DNA of 61,515 nucleotides, filler included, from Sphacelaria rigidula (taxonomy: Eukaryota): NCBI GenBank assembly GCA_964200075.2. It is 8 parts of 8 records of this genome, joined end to end, with 100 filler letters (N's around TTAATTAATTAA, not from the genome) between each part and the next. Parts side by side here need not be neighbours in the genome. Positions count along the whole stretch, not along the records: positions 46,214 to 53,814 come from CAXNAA020014149.1; positions 53,915 to 61,515 come from CAXNAA020014150.1; 6 more parts are not named here. The stretch is one strand, 5' to 3'. The position numbers and the translations under genes are program-made. The notes under the pieces were generated by a model. That model ran no database searches. It was not told the origin of the DNA and saw only the letters and a program-made list of their open reading frames with translations. Of this stretch, positions 48,299 through 61,386 are shown piece after piece; position 1 is the stretch's first letter; every line of letters starts with the position of its first letter.

Positions 48299-49069
48299 AT
48301 CATGCAAGCCTTCCTCATCCGCACCCTCCGCCGTGATAACCTCATCCATCCCCCCTTTCTCCTCCTCTAAATTTGACCGACCCTTCGACCGCTTGCGGTC
48401 TCTGGGATTCTCTCGGGTGTCGCTCCCGTTGCCCTCGCCGGTACAACCGCGTTTCTTCCGTACCTCCCTTCGAACCGTTCCGGAGCATGCTCCATCATGT
48501 TCGTGTTTCTCCGTGTTCCCATTTACCACCGTCTCGTCTGCATCGACATCCATACGGTCTCCGCTTTTTCGTGGAGCCGGTGATTTTAACGGGGCACCGC
48601 CTGCAGCGTTTCTCGCCTCCTCATCGTGGCCACCCGTCACAGCGGAAGCTTGTCGCTCATGGCTATCATGGTCGTCTCCTGACCCCGCTAGGTCAATCAT
48701 GTGCCCTGTTTGACCGCCGCTGCCCCCACCGCCCGCCCGCCGGGCTTTTGTTTTGTCTTTCCCAGCCTTTTCATGGTTTTCGTCACCGCCATCATCGCTG
48801 TCGGAGACACCTCCACAGCATTTTGCTTCGGCTCCATCCCCGCTACAACAACTTTTGCCCTGGTCGAATATGGGTTCCCGGCGAAACCGAAAAACAAGGT
48901 GGACCGGCGCTGATTCGGGTACATTGTGTTGCGAGACGCCCGCCTCCGTCGTCTCGACTGGCAGCGCTTGTTCAATAGAGGGGATGGTTGAGACACCGCC
49001 ATTTTTGCCGTTGCCCGTCATAAACGTAACTTCGGCATCGATGCTTGTGAATCCGCTCACCCCGACCAC
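48299..49069 (-). CDS. Exon B of the same unknown protein
   Basis: ttcgcAG|GTG acceptor (phase 0, compatible with exon A) and GAT|GTgggt donor; lies within ORF 47888..49168. Confidence 0.7.
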
Positions 49070-49269
49070 CTGCGAACAAAAAAAGACGAGGCGAGAAAGG
49101 GGATGGGAGGGAGGCGCAGTTTTTGTTTTTTTGCCCTTTGAACTCCCCCCCTTGGGGTCAATGGTCAAACGACTAAGGCAAGCAACAAATGAGTACGCCC
49201 CCTTCCTCGGGGCGAGTCCGTAGTTGTCAAGGAATCAACTCGTGTCTCCTCCAGCACACGACCGACTAT

Positions 49270-49478
49270 TTCGTATCACGGATTGGGTCAGCACTCCCGC
49301 ACCGCGTTAACTGGCGTCAAACAAACTCAGTCAACTACTTTGTTCACCCACGTTCTCACGCTTTCCACGGTGGAAATCACATACTACGAAGAAAAAACTC
49401 AACCCATCGGGAATCGAACCCTCGTTCTCTCCACCCTAATGGTGACAGTCGGACCATTGCACCACCGGGGCGCGGCGG
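49270..49478 (-). mobile_element. tRNA-derived SINE, copy 2 (intronic)
   Basis: Minus strand GCCCCGGTGGTGCAATGG (A box 49454-49464) and GGTTCGATTCC (B box 49410-49420), followed by a non-tRNA body. Confidence 0.72.
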
Positions 49479-49499
49479 CTCGGGGTTCGAACCGAGTAG

Positions 49500-49833
49500 T
49501 GCCGCGATAGCTCCCCCAGAAAAGTGGCTGGTTTGAGGAGATGAAATCCACGTGTGAATCAAAACGATATGGGCTGAATACCCCGAGCAGCTGGGAATTT
49601 TCCAACACTTGAGATCGATTACACCAATGTCGCCCATATAAGCACTTTATGCAGTCGGAAACCAGCCATCATGCGCCGTATGACAACTTTCATTGTGACA
49701 GGCTTGAGGCTGTTTTTTTCTTGGGGGGGGGGGGGCGTGCTCATTATTGCTTGCCTTGGTCGTTTGACCATTGACCACGCATCCCTTTCGAGACGTTTAT
49801 TTTTTTTTTTTGGGGGGGGGAGCTATCGCGGCA
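49500..49833. mobile_element. MITE with GCGATAGC(T)CCCC TIRs; related copies at 46288-46500 and 30459-30690
   Basis: Perfect inverted repeat TGCCGCGATAGCTCCCC/GGGGAGCTATCGCGGCA; its internal block is related in reverse to the AACGATCCCAAGCGTGGGA region of the other two copies; carries a LINE 3'-end insertion. Confidence 0.65.
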
Positions 49834-50400
49834 TGATTCGGTTATGTACTTTCGTGGTTCGGTTCCTTCATTCGCTGGGACCGAGTGTTTTCTGAGCATC
49901 GTAATCAACGACAACTGCGGAGCAGGCGAGTCAAACCGCGGGGTGCGTTATATCGCTTGTGGCACTACGACTTGCGGTTCTGGTTGAATGATTGATACTC
50001 GTAGATTAATTGATCACCTGGGATAGGAATCATAATCCAGCCGAGGTCGCAAGATAGACGTCCCCGAGGTGAACAAAATGGGAACTCTGGCTGAAGGAAG
50101 ACCGAGAAAAAGGGTGAACAGGAAAGAAAGATAAAAGAAAAGAATCAAGCTGAAGACGAGAAAAAAAGCAAGAACATTAATTTAAGAAATAACAGAAAAG
50201 GGAAGGTAAAGAGAAAAACAAGAAAATATAATAAAACGCCACGCTCAAACTCCAGTTCCAGTCCCGATCGAGCGAAAAAAAGAAGAGAAAAAAAGAAGAG
50301 AGAGAGAAAAAAAAGTTGAAGACAAGGTCGGCCCTCCTGCCGCACGGCTTCAGGTAAGGAGGTCCTGCCTGTTGGAAAACAAAATGTGTACACCACATAC

Positions 50401-50680
50401 CTCGTCATGTTGTGTAACCTTCATGGCACTCAGCATGCGCTTGACATGATCGGGCAGGATAACCTTGCCGGTCACCGGATCCCAATTCACAACCCGCGCT
50501 GTTTCGCCGGCATTTGTCACCTCACCACCTTCCTGACTCTTCCTATTCTTGCCACCATCACCGTTCAACGTCGCCTTCGCGACCGCGGTCCCATTCTCCT
50601 CTTCGCCGGCCTCTTGTCCATCGTCGTCCTCCTCTTTTTCTTCTACGAGCAATCCGAACGGATCTTCCTCGTGTAACGAT
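50401..50680 (-). CDS. Exon A of an unknown acidic/low-complexity protein
   Basis: ggccAG acceptor and GAG|GTatgt donor; LHEEDPFGLL...VNWDPVTGKVILPDHVKRMLSAMKVTQHDE. Confidence 0.7.
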
Positions 50681-50705
50681 CTGGCCACAAGAGGGAAAAC
50701 AAATT

Positions 50706-50960
50706 AAGGGTCGGACGGATTAACGATTCGTCCGGAAATTACTTGATTTTAGTGCGATCGATTCGTACGGTACGAATCAATCCTCACGCTTTGTTTTCAG
50801 CGTTGCAACCCAGGTACGCGAAGCCCAGGCACGTGGAATGGCGCAACAGTTGCGTGGGGACCTGTTTGACCAGCGGCCGACTTTTTTTTTTCTCTTTTGA
50901 TCAATCAGGCCTGAGAAATCGTGGATTTGGTGATTCGAACAGGCGATGATTCGTCCGAGT
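50706..50960. mobile_element. Copy of the ~240-bp MITE family
   Basis: AAGGGTCGGACGGATTA...GCTTTGTTTTCAGCGTTGCAACCCAGGTAC...TGATTCGTCCGA; reverse complement of 27127-27364. Confidence 0.75.
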
Positions 50961-53900
50961 CGTGAAACAATTTCAAGAGAGCAGAAAAGATGAGTTTCAA
51001 GCATGAGATCACCCAGCGCGGTCGTTGTTCATTTCGGCTCTACCCCAACAACCGTCGCATGTTTTTGCCGCTTCCTCGTCGCACGTACGTAACGTAACGC
51101 GAAGCATCCACTGTGTTTGGGCTTCTACTTACTTACTATGCTAGTACGGGGTCTGTGTGCATGTGACCCATCATGAAGATGAAACGATTTCTTCAGGCCC
51201 CGTACGTATTAGCATACTAAGTAGAAGCCTAACTATAGTGCCGATATCTTCTATTCTGAGGCCAACAACGGTGTCAAATGTCCCAAACCTAAAACCTCCG
51301 AGAAAACAACTTCCGATCTCCAAAAAACGTGCTTTTGACCCCGAACGAAAATGATTACCCTGTTATTGTACGAGTCCAGTAAGTGATTCTGCACTCCCCT
51401 CTCCGTTCCCGGCCTAAGTCTTCTTTGTGGAGATGCCAAACACGTGGTTGACTTCGTAAGGTGATCGGTTGATCTGAAAACAGGCACCCACTTCCCCCTC
51501 AAAAACCACCCCTCCGCTCCCTGGAAACCCATGGGTGTCTCCGGAGTGTCAGCTCGCGAAAATGTTCCGAGACGAGGCTCGTAGCCGAAGGGACAACACG
51601 TTGACTCTTCGATCGCCAGGGTGGTCATCTGGGTCTTCCAGGCAGGCGTCCTCCAAGTGAAAATGATGCGGATTCAACGGATGATTCCCCCCCTGACGCC
51701 CAAAAACAATCAAACTACATAATATAGTATACTACATAATACCAGGGGGTTCGACAAAAATACAGGGGGCCCGAGAACAACCTGATCAAACGGGTGGTGC
51801 AGTTTATGCGACTTTGTCGTCAATCACCATGGTTGAATAGGCTTTAGCTACGTATGCGCCCTTTTTCGTTGAAATCAAGCTTTTAACTTCTCTTTATAAG
51901 CGTTGAGATTTTCTTCAAGCCCCACTTCAAGCTTTTTTGGCACAAATCAGGCGCGCTTTATGCGCCGTATTCCCGTCCTCGTTGCGGCAGTATCCCTTCA
52001 CGAGGCACGCCTTCTAGTAATCGCATGAGGACAAGACGGCAAGTTGGACATTCGATTTTTTCACGTCCTTCAAAAAACAAAAAATGTTTTTCTTCAGTTT
52101 TTTTTCAGTCGTTGAGTTCAAAGGCCACAACCTGCACACCTAATACATTCCAATCCACGTACGGAAACAACAAATGCCACAATACTCATGGCACATGATC
52201 CAATAGTAGGGCACTCTAGCCTCTGAACATGGGGCATCGTAGCTTTTGGCCTCTCGCCCGGCAAGCTACAACAAGCTATCATGCTCCCCCCCCTCCCCCC
52301 ATCATTTACCGTCAGTCGACATTGAAAATCTTGTCGAACTACCAGTATCGATTGTACTTGATCAGAACCGCGGATTCGACCCGGCCATCTAACGCCTTCG
52401 ACTGCCGGGAGTTCAAGCACCCCCTCAAAATCGAAGACACTCGCTCCATAGGCGCGACGATGGCTGGATAAGTACAACATCCATCGCCACGAGATACCAA
52501 CCGGGAAGCCTGTTCTTGTTATCCCCAAACGTCAGAAAACCAAACTCTTCGAAAACAAAATAGTGCCATGCATATAGAATATAAACCGGGGCATCCTGCT
52601 GGTCAGACCCGCAAAACAATAGGAACACGAAACACGATAATGCAAATTTGAAGTATTGAAGCCTGAAGCGTTTCGGCCTGTCTGGTGACGGATCGCGCGA
52701 CATGGAGCACTTGTGGGCAGCTGCAGGAGGCGCATGAAAGATGATCGCAATTTCATGCGCGTTTCATGCGCGTTTCAAGCATGTTGAGCTCGTTTTGTGA
52801 ATATCAAGCTAATTACAAGTCTTGCGATGAAAAGGCCTATTTAGGCTCAAAACCTCCACATTAAGCTAAATTTTATGCGCGCATACGGGACTCAAACCTA
52901 TGGTTGAATCATACTTGACATTAGCCTAGGACCAATAGATTTGGATATTTGATGGACGCACAATCCCGAACGCCCCCACCGTGCCGTGCACACATTTTTG
53001 CCCCAAATCTGCGCCATAGGTGCCGATTAGATCTCTGCCCACGCACACTTTGCCTTGGACACCATATGCACACCCCTTGCCTGAGGGTGTTCGGTATGCC
53101 TTGGGTTGGGGATATGGGGGTTAGGGTAAGAGTTACATTAAATCTAGAGTGCGCCGATCATTGTGATTTGACGACAACCTCGTGTAGACCAACCTCCGGA
53201 TGGGACAACAAAAGCGGTTGACCTTGCAAGGTTGCCACGTCGCCGGGTACAGAGCTGTGCGGGAATGGGATCGCGGCACGGAAAATAACTGTGCTAATAC
53301 TACTGTCGGTGTTGTGGGAATGGAGACTGCAGCGGAAATAGAAGTGATTTCGTACTTTGCGAGACCACTGAGTACAAGACTTTTTAAGCGCGGGTGTTGA
53401 CATCTCGAAGGTCGAAACTGTGAACGCGTGTTGCTACCGTACAGGTGTTTCGTTCATCATATTACAGCGTGCTGTTGTAAATTGATGGAATGTATGTGAT
53501 CATCGAGCTGGTACTGAACACCGCGGTGATAGAGTTTAGTCCGTTTTTCGCGACAAACAGCACCCGCCTCTGAATCATGCACTCGATACTCAGTCAGGTC
53601 TTGGGCACGTACCGTGCGTCAGCAACCAAACCGCTGGTATATGTAGAAACGCACACACGTGCCACAACAACAAAAAAATCCTTGTTCGTATTATTGTCTT
53701 CCCCTTGCCCCAACCGCTCCGTCTCGAAAGGGATGCGTGGTCAATGGTCAAACGACCAAGGCAAGCAACAAATGAGTACCCCCCCTCCCCCCCTCTCCCC
53801 TCCCTCCTTCCCCTNNNNNNNNNNNNNNNNNNNNNNNNNNNNNNNNNNNNNNNNNNNNTTAATTAATTAANNNNNNNNNNNNNNNNNNNNNNNNNNNNNN

Positions 53901-54420
53901 NNNNNNNNNNNNNNGCCTAATAGACCGAGTTGGGGGTCTATAGAGACCTCTGCTCCTACTGTTTCATGCGAAGTCACCGACTCTCGCTTGATACGGTATA
54001 ATTTTTACACCAACTACAAGGCCGGACCGTGTTCGCTATTTTTTGCGTTGTGTACTTCGAACCTGAATGCACCCACCGGGTTAACCCTTTCCAGGGCACA
54101 TTCCGCGCTCGACGGAAGAGGTCGGACAATGTCCTGTTCCTTCTGCAGGTTATGAGGGTCGGCTTAAAAAGCACTTGAAAATAAGGATCGACCTCGGAAT
54201 GTGTCAGTGGTGTGAAAGTGCATGTGGCGTGTGGCGTGTGGCGTGTGGCGTCGAAATAGGAAACACGTTACATTAGCGCACGATTTCTCCATGTCAAGGA
54301 TGCAGTCTAAAATCAAGTGTATCCCAAAAAACGAAGGAAAAGGGACGATGGTTAGTAAAACGTCGCCGAACAGCCCGGACACTTTTCGGAGGCTAGCCAT
54401 CCCCCCGCGTTCAGCACCCC

Positions 54421-54780
54421 TACACACGCGGACATTTGGCTACCCCTCAAAATGCCTCCAGAGGGATGCGCGGCCCTCCAGAGGCAAAACCAGCTTCCGG
54501 GGGCCTTCAATCTCTCTGGAGGAAGCCAAAAACTGCCGCCCCGGAGGGCCGCACACCCCTCCGGAGGAATTTGTGGGTAGCAAAATGTCTCCGGAGGGAC
54601 GCGCGGCGCTTCGGGGGCAAGAAGAAGCCTCCAGGGACGTTCAACCCCCTCTGGAGGAAACACAAGAATACTCCTCTGGAGGGCCGCGCACCCCTCCAGA
54701 GGTTTTCAATTCCCTCGGAGGCTCGAAAAGTTGACCGCCCTGGAGGAATTATGGGGGGTAGCCAAATGGCCGCGTGTGTA
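54421..54780. mobile_element. 360-bp TIR element with internal CCTCC(A/G)GAGG repeats
   Basis: TACACACGCGGACATTTGGCTACCCC and GGGGTAGCCAAATGGCCGCGTGTGTA (26 bp, 1 mismatch). Confidence 0.75.
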
Positions 54781-57672
54781 ACGCTCCCCATGTTAGCCGT
54801 GGGGCTGGAAGTCCTTATTTGTTATACTTTGTTCTTATTACATGTGGTTACCGTCATTTTCGCTTCTCGCAATTTTGTTTCAAACCACCACGCGTGCGAG
54901 AACCGCGGCGTTAGTACCTGCGGCGGTGCTGCCACGTGCGTCAGCCGTGGCTTACCACTAGTTACATATTGATAAGAATAATATAAGAATGAGATGCAAA
55001 CTGTGCGACGTTCGGCAAGCTGCGTTTTGGACTGCGTGTTTTTTTCTTGCGGCAAGCAGTGTGTCACCACATTTCACTTTGTGCCGAGCCACCAGTTGCT
55101 GCTTCGTTCTGTACGGCTGTACACAAAGGGCAAATTCGCCTTTCAACAGCGAGTACGCTTCATGTATTGAGTTACAGAGGGCAAGGTCACACATGAATTT
55201 CGGCTGTTGTGTCTGAGGGTTCCAGCAGAGAAGCCAAGGCGCGAAGAGCAATTTTTACTTCAGACTACGCACTATGTATGCCCAGGTCGGCAGAGCCACG
55301 ATGTTTTTAGTGACTGCTGTACGAGTACATACTGCAAAGAACATGTAAATCATGCGATTTGCGCCAACCTGCATCTTTGACCAAATGTTATTTTGTGCCA
55401 CCAATCAATGCCCTAACATTTGCTTCGGTGGCGGTCCGCAATGTGCTGCTCTGTTCTGTGGGGATGCGCACACAGGACAACCTCATCTATGATGAGCGAA
55501 TGCCCCTTCATCTTTTGACTTGTAGAGGATGTGTTCACAGATGAAAAATGGCTGTTTTGTGGCAGACTGTTTCGAGCCAGAACCCAAGGCGTCTAGAGCG
55601 ATATTAATTTTCGATGACGCACTGGCCATGTATGACCGGGTCGGCAGAGCAACGATGCTTCACGTGACTTCATGTACATACTGCATAGAACATGTAAGCT
55701 ATGCAACTTCAGCCAACTTGCTGTTCAAACGGGACACTACACAGGTAGGAAGGAGCGCAGTCGGTGACTAACCAATTCACCTCATTTGAGGAGCGTCGCG
55801 CCCTCCCATATAACCATCCATCCCGTCGCTGCCGGCCTCACACTTGTTTTTTGTCACGTTTGCCCAACTCCGTCCCTTGCAAGATGATGAAGTTAGGGGA
55901 AAATTGACGTCGAGGGTGTTGATCTGGACATAGTATACCAGACCGTGCCCAAACGACTGATGATATGGGATTCCTTCCACTCATGCCATGACCCTGACCC
56001 CACGGGGCCCATGAAAAGTTTACTCTCCAATCCCGCAGTCATAGCTGTGTGTAGGACATGCAGCGCGCAGCCAATCTGCGCAACGTGAACCTCTCGATCG
56101 TCAACATCATCAACATCGTTCTCAGAAGTGTTGACGCGCGCGCCGCTGCTACTCATGGTCTCCAAATTTCCGTACTTTCTCGTTCTAGCACTATGTCAGG
56201 CACGCCTTTCAGTGCAGTTACGTTGGTGTGTGGCGGCCGCAAGTGGTGCTGTTCATGTTCTTGTCGTGTTATCTTCGCAATGGCGGTAGACGTGAGGTGA
56301 CAGCTCGGAGGCGTGTGCTTCCCGAGTGGTACAGACAGAAGCCGGACACAAGCTAGTGCAACAAGAGTTTCCACCTACTGGTCTGGAGCGAGCATCGCTC
56401 CGGAGGAAAAATATCACCTCAACACCGAGCATTCTCAGGATTGAACAAATGTACTAGAAATATAGTTAATTTGACATGAGCCAGATCGTTATTTGTAGGT
56501 GACGCCAGGGTGATGCGTGTATATCCCATTGATGTGATTCGTTGTATTACGGACCACTTCTGATGCATATAGCGTTCAGCTTGCACTTTCCAGGAATAGA
56601 GTACCCCAAATCGGCCCCCATCCCTACCCAAAACAGTGCAGTTGACCATACGCAAATGAATGTTTACCGGCTGCCGCACTGATACTTTGCAGTATAAACG
56701 TCGCTGTATAGTAGTCGGCATTCGGAACAATTTATTTCCATCGAAGGTTTTGTTTTTGTTGTTTTTGGGCCATGAAGGCTCATAACGGTTATTGTTTGGT
56801 CGCGAACCTTGGGAATCGACAGATATGAGTACCTAACAATAAACATGAAAGCCAAATACGAGTATCGTCTGCGGGCAACTTCGAGCGAGTTACGGGAAAG
56901 TGGTCGTTGGGAGTCCTACGAGTTTACAGTCCCAGCTTCTCGCTCTTTGATGTTTCGGTCCGTCGAATCGATCCGCCGTTATCAACAGTTCTTTGGTCCA
57001 TTTTTTCAGCTTTTTACATATTCATCGCGCTGCAGCCAAAAACATATGAGCAATAACGTCCCCTCCATGACCGGGGTTTTACCCCGTGTTTTCCCGACAA
57101 GACGACCTTGGGGCATGTATCCTGGGCACGAGCTTTTTTTCCCAACCCCTACCGATTCTCAAACTTTCAAGTGCAGATCACAAGTCCCTCGAAAAAATCC
57201 CGATGAAATGAATCGAACATTCGAAAGGTGACAACTATATGCTGTATTTCGTCTGTTACAGGTGGTGGTGCGTCGTGTTTGGGCAAAACACACTGGGTTG
57301 TTTGGGCAGACTAGTTAGTAGAGTGCTCTCCGCATGGCGAGTTTGACTTACCTGCACGCCAAATATGGTCCCAACGACCATTGAACACGTGATATAATTC
57401 GTGCAAGAAGAGCCCGAATATATTATTACTCAGGTCGGGTATTGAGTCCTCGTGGATGCAGCGCAAACTTGTCCTCAACACGGGAAATTTCTGGTGGTGC
57501 CAGTCTACAGGCACCTGCGCACAGTTGTAAAGGTAGACACTGACGGGAATCGTATCCGACTAGATATATTCAAAACGACTTACGTCATGGTGACGCTGTA
57601 TTTTCGAGACGTCTCTCTCTCTCTGAAGCACTCTTCCTTCCCTTCCGTACGGTCCCCACCCCGCAGACACTA

Positions 57673-57773
57673 GCTGAACCGGCGAACACCCGGCGTGCTC
57701 CGTCCCGGCTTTTTAGGGATGCAAGGTCAATGGTCTGATGACTATGGCATGCAAGATAATGAGTACACCCCCC
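57673..57773 (+). mobile_element. 5'-truncated copy of the poly(C)-tailed retroposon with a 9-bp target-site duplication
   Basis: Flanked by direct repeat CAGACACTA at 57664-57672 and 57774-57782; ends GAGTACACCCCCC. Confidence 0.8.
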
Positions 57774-58923
57774 CAGACACTATCACGCGGGAGGCTGTTG
57801 TAAACGATAATGTTGTAGACTACTCCTTTTCCTGGACTGGGGCTTCTCTCTGCCGTTTCAACGTGCCTCAGCATTGGGCTCCCTTCAACTGCGATTTTCA
57901 AGTGTAGCAGTTCCTGCGAAGCAACAACGAGAGAGTTCAAATCCAACTGGGGCAAAAAACTCAAGTTCGGAGATGCGCTTCATCGTTCACTGCGCAGCAA
58001 CACAGTAAGCAGAGTGCGAGAGTGCATCACGGATATCATAAGAGTGATGCTGGTGTGCCTTCTTGTGGGAATGCTTAGGCTCTGGCTACTGAGCGCCAGC
58101 TATGTCTCGGAAAAGAGAGTACCAGGCGGCCATGATATGCGAGTTGCGATTTATGTGTTCACCATACAACAACACGGTACAGGCTGTGTTTGTGCGATGT
58201 GTGGTGTACTAACTTGTAGGAATGGAGGGAACAACTGCAGGCCAGCAGCTCTTGTGAAAGTGTATGACTCTGAGCTAGGGTTCGAGCATGATCTCAGTTG
58301 TCCCCGAGAGGTTCGCCTCTTCCGCTTGGTGATCGGTTGAGCTTGTAGCACACCATACACGCGTGGCGAAGACCTCCCAAGTCGGAAGTGAGTCAGCTCG
58401 TAAGGTGCTGACCTTACGGTTAACTGAGTCTCGTTTTCGGAACCAGTCGGTGATTGTGCTTTGTGACAGTTTTTGCGAAATGTCCCACGGACTGACCATC
58501 TCAAGATGGGGTCACGCAGTGCTGGCTGCTAGTATTTAGCAGCGTCGTGCACTTTGTCATGGCTACCATTTGTGCGTGCGGATGATCGGAGTATGAGGTT
58601 GAAGTCGCGATGCCGACTGCACGAAAAAAGCACGTCCATATACGAGCAGAAGATCGGCGTGAAATACGGGTTCACCAAGAATATGGCCAATACAGCAGCG
58701 CGAGCGAATATGGCCACCTATTGGGAGAAGCAGCAAGCGTGACAGTGATTTTTATCCATTTGTTTGGACAACAAATCGTAAATTAAGCGTGATCCGCAGC
58801 AGCGGTAGTCACTACCGTGAACCACCACGAAAAAGGGTTCCACGCAAATCAATCGAATACCGTCGACTATCGCATCCTTCTGTCAACAAGAGCTCGCTCA
58901 GTTTTGAGCCCCCCCAAAGAATG

Positions 58924-59202
58924 ACAGTGTTTACGCCGGGGCTGTCTCTGGAAGTGGCGATACCAGAAAATGAAGCAACTCATTGTAGGCTGTCATCCAA
59001 AGTAGGCTTCGAACCGAACAATCGTAGCAGGATGTAGCTCGCCCTTCATGCGACTCGCCGAGCACACCACGGCGCTTCGCGCTTGGTGGTTTGTGTGCGA
59101 GCCTGGTCCAGCGAAAACTGGATTGCCCCGTCCCGGCTTTGTAGGACTGCGAGGTCAATGGTCTTATTTATGACTATGACATGCACGATCATGAGTACAC
59201 CC
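58924..59202 (+). mobile_element. Second long copy of the same SINE-like retroposon
   Basis: Colinear with 920-1210 (GGCTGTCTCTGGAAGTGGCGATACC, CACGGCGCTTCGCGCTTG, GAGGTCAATGGTC...CATGAGTACACCC). Confidence 0.75.
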
Positions 59203-59730
59203 AAAGATTGAGGGCTCTTTCCGGTTGCTACGATGTGGCAGCTTCAGGTAGACCAATCGCGAACGCCCAGTACGTCCTCAGCAAGTTAGATCGCGTTGTT
59301 GAACATTCGGCATGTGAGGGTGCCATTAGCGCAGCTGCCCCTTCCGAACACCGTTGTTTTCAAAACGCTCTCGTCACCTGATGTCTACATGGGCTATTTC
59401 TCATGCCGTACTCTACAGCGGCCTGAAGACTCCGGGTTATATCCGACGATACTCGCGAGTGTTTTCGTTGCAACGATGAGTCGGCACCGCTACTTGACGT
59501 TTTCCGCACGAGCTTTGCAGCTTCGTTACTCCTTGCTTTCGGTAGACATGAGGCGCAGCGTGTTGGGAATGAAAGATTGCACACGCACGATTCACTCGTG
59601 GCTTCCGTCATTCAAATTCATCCAGGTGGCAAACAAAAATGCCGGCAGTTGTTCATGACTAACTCGGCGTGCGACTCTCTCCCGTTTCCCCCCGTCTTGA
59701 CGATGGTGTAATATGCGCGTGTATCGTCAG

Positions 59731-59865
59731 TCTCAGGAGTGCAGCGATCCGGAAGTCCACATGTCCGGTCGATACATCTTCGACCGAGCCCAGCGACAGA
59801 TATTCGACCTCATGGACACGGAGGCGTTTCCTCTGTTCCTGCGATCGAGCTATGTTGCGATGCAG
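59731..59865 (+). CDS. Exon encoding the C-terminal helices of an RGS (regulator of G-protein signalling) domain
   Basis: IFDRAQRQIFDLMDTEAFPLFLRSSY resembles the RGS consensus FDxAQxxIxxLMxxDSxPRFLxS; CAG|GT donor at 59865/59866; acceptor at 59730 or 59736. Confidence 0.7.
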
Positions 59866-60465
59866 GTGATATGTTGTTGCACGAGTAGTCTTGGTATGTC
59901 ATTTGAGAGGAGCTACGGGCTCATAGCGTTGAAGCGTTGGATGAACACCTCAAGATTCATTACATTTTCATACAAAGTAGATCTTGTCGCAAACGGCAGG
60001 CCTCTTCTCTACAGGTGCGAGTGTCTCGAGAAGGTGAAGGGTGATCACACACTCCTTCAGGCAGTTGGTAGAGGTCATCGCCACTCCTCTTGATTGACAC
60101 ACCCTAGCAGGACTCACTCGTGTGTTGTTGGAGTGTCATGGAGTCTGCCCTTATTGCTGCCATTATGTAAGGCTCGTGTGGTCAATGAATGTCCTCGTAT
60201 GCTGCCGTTTGGACCCCAAACAGCCATCTGTTTGAAACAAAACGAACCAACATGTCGCGTCAAATCACCTCCCATAGGACATCGGATTTGCAATGAAAAG
60301 TTCTATTTTTCGTCAAACGTCGGACCAGCCCTCATAACGATTTCTGAATCTTTGCATCCCGCTCTGTGATAGCCTAATCCTTACAGTTCACGGCTTCCCA
60401 CACGTAGGGAAGTTTGGATTTATCTCTCTCACATATCGTAAGGGTGATGATGGTTGTAAAGCTTT

Positions 60466-60686
60466 CACACGTCGGACGAGTCATTACTCGTCGGAACTAG
60501 TGCACTTGTGGATGGTTTTTGAAACACAACGAGCATGACTCGTGCGCTCGAGTCATTACTTTTTTTTACAACGAGCAATGACTCGAGTGCTCGCCCTATT
60601 GGCTTGTTTCCACAACGAGCAATGACTCGAGTGCTCGCCCCATTAGTTTGTTTCCACAACGAGCAATGACTCGAGTGCTCGCCCCT
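60466..60686. mobile_element. Partial copy of the tandem-array TIR element
   Basis: CACACGTCGGACGAGTCATTACTCGTCG followed by ACAACGAGCAATGACTCGAGTGCTCGCCC repeats. Confidence 0.75.
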
Positions 60687-61310
60687 CCATTAACCCGTTT
60701 GCATGGGACCGACCCCCCACTAACAGGAGGTTGACCATGTCTTCGTGAAATAGTATAAAATAAGTCAGGGAGCGATCTGCCCAATCACGGCGAGGCGAAA
60801 TTTACCGACCAGACCCGAACGACTAGCTCGGGGACCGTTGCCGAGTGTGATCTCCCTGCAAAGATCGTGTGGGGGCCCTATCCCTTGCCCAGATGAGCCT
60901 TCCCAGTTTCCGAAGCCAGGCTGCTCGGAGCATGGCTTGTTGTATTACTTGCATCCAGTATAGCGTTCCCAGGGTTTCCCAGGAGTTTTTTTGGGTCGCC
61001 AGCCTTTACTAAAACTACTCAGGAATTACACTAACACAGGATGGAGTGGGAAAACCGGGAGGGAGCGTACATGTCACAGTGTGGTCATGTTCACGAGGGA
61101 CTGAACCCAGGTGGGCCGTGCAAAGAGAAAATGAGTTACCGTCATGAATTCTGCTCATCCCGCTGCCGATGACTTGCAGAACACAGTGAACATTTATGTA
61201 GCGGGGGGGATGAACAAGCTATACATGGACAGCTGATCTCCGTCGCTGAGAACTGCCCAGAGCCTGCAAGGGAGTATGCAGCGGCAGCTGCTGCTGCAGT
61301 CGGGGAGGCG

Positions 61311-61386
61311 TACTGCACTACACTGTACTGTACTGTACTGTACTGTACTGTACTGTACTGTACTGTACTGTACTGTACTGTACTGT
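61311..61386. repeat. (TACTG)n microsatellite
   Basis: Direct inspection. Confidence 0.95.

Noticed and set aside
49400-49478. tRNA gene
   Set aside because: A and B boxes are present, but there is no convincing cloverleaf and it is fused to a repeated non-tRNA body; called as a SINE.
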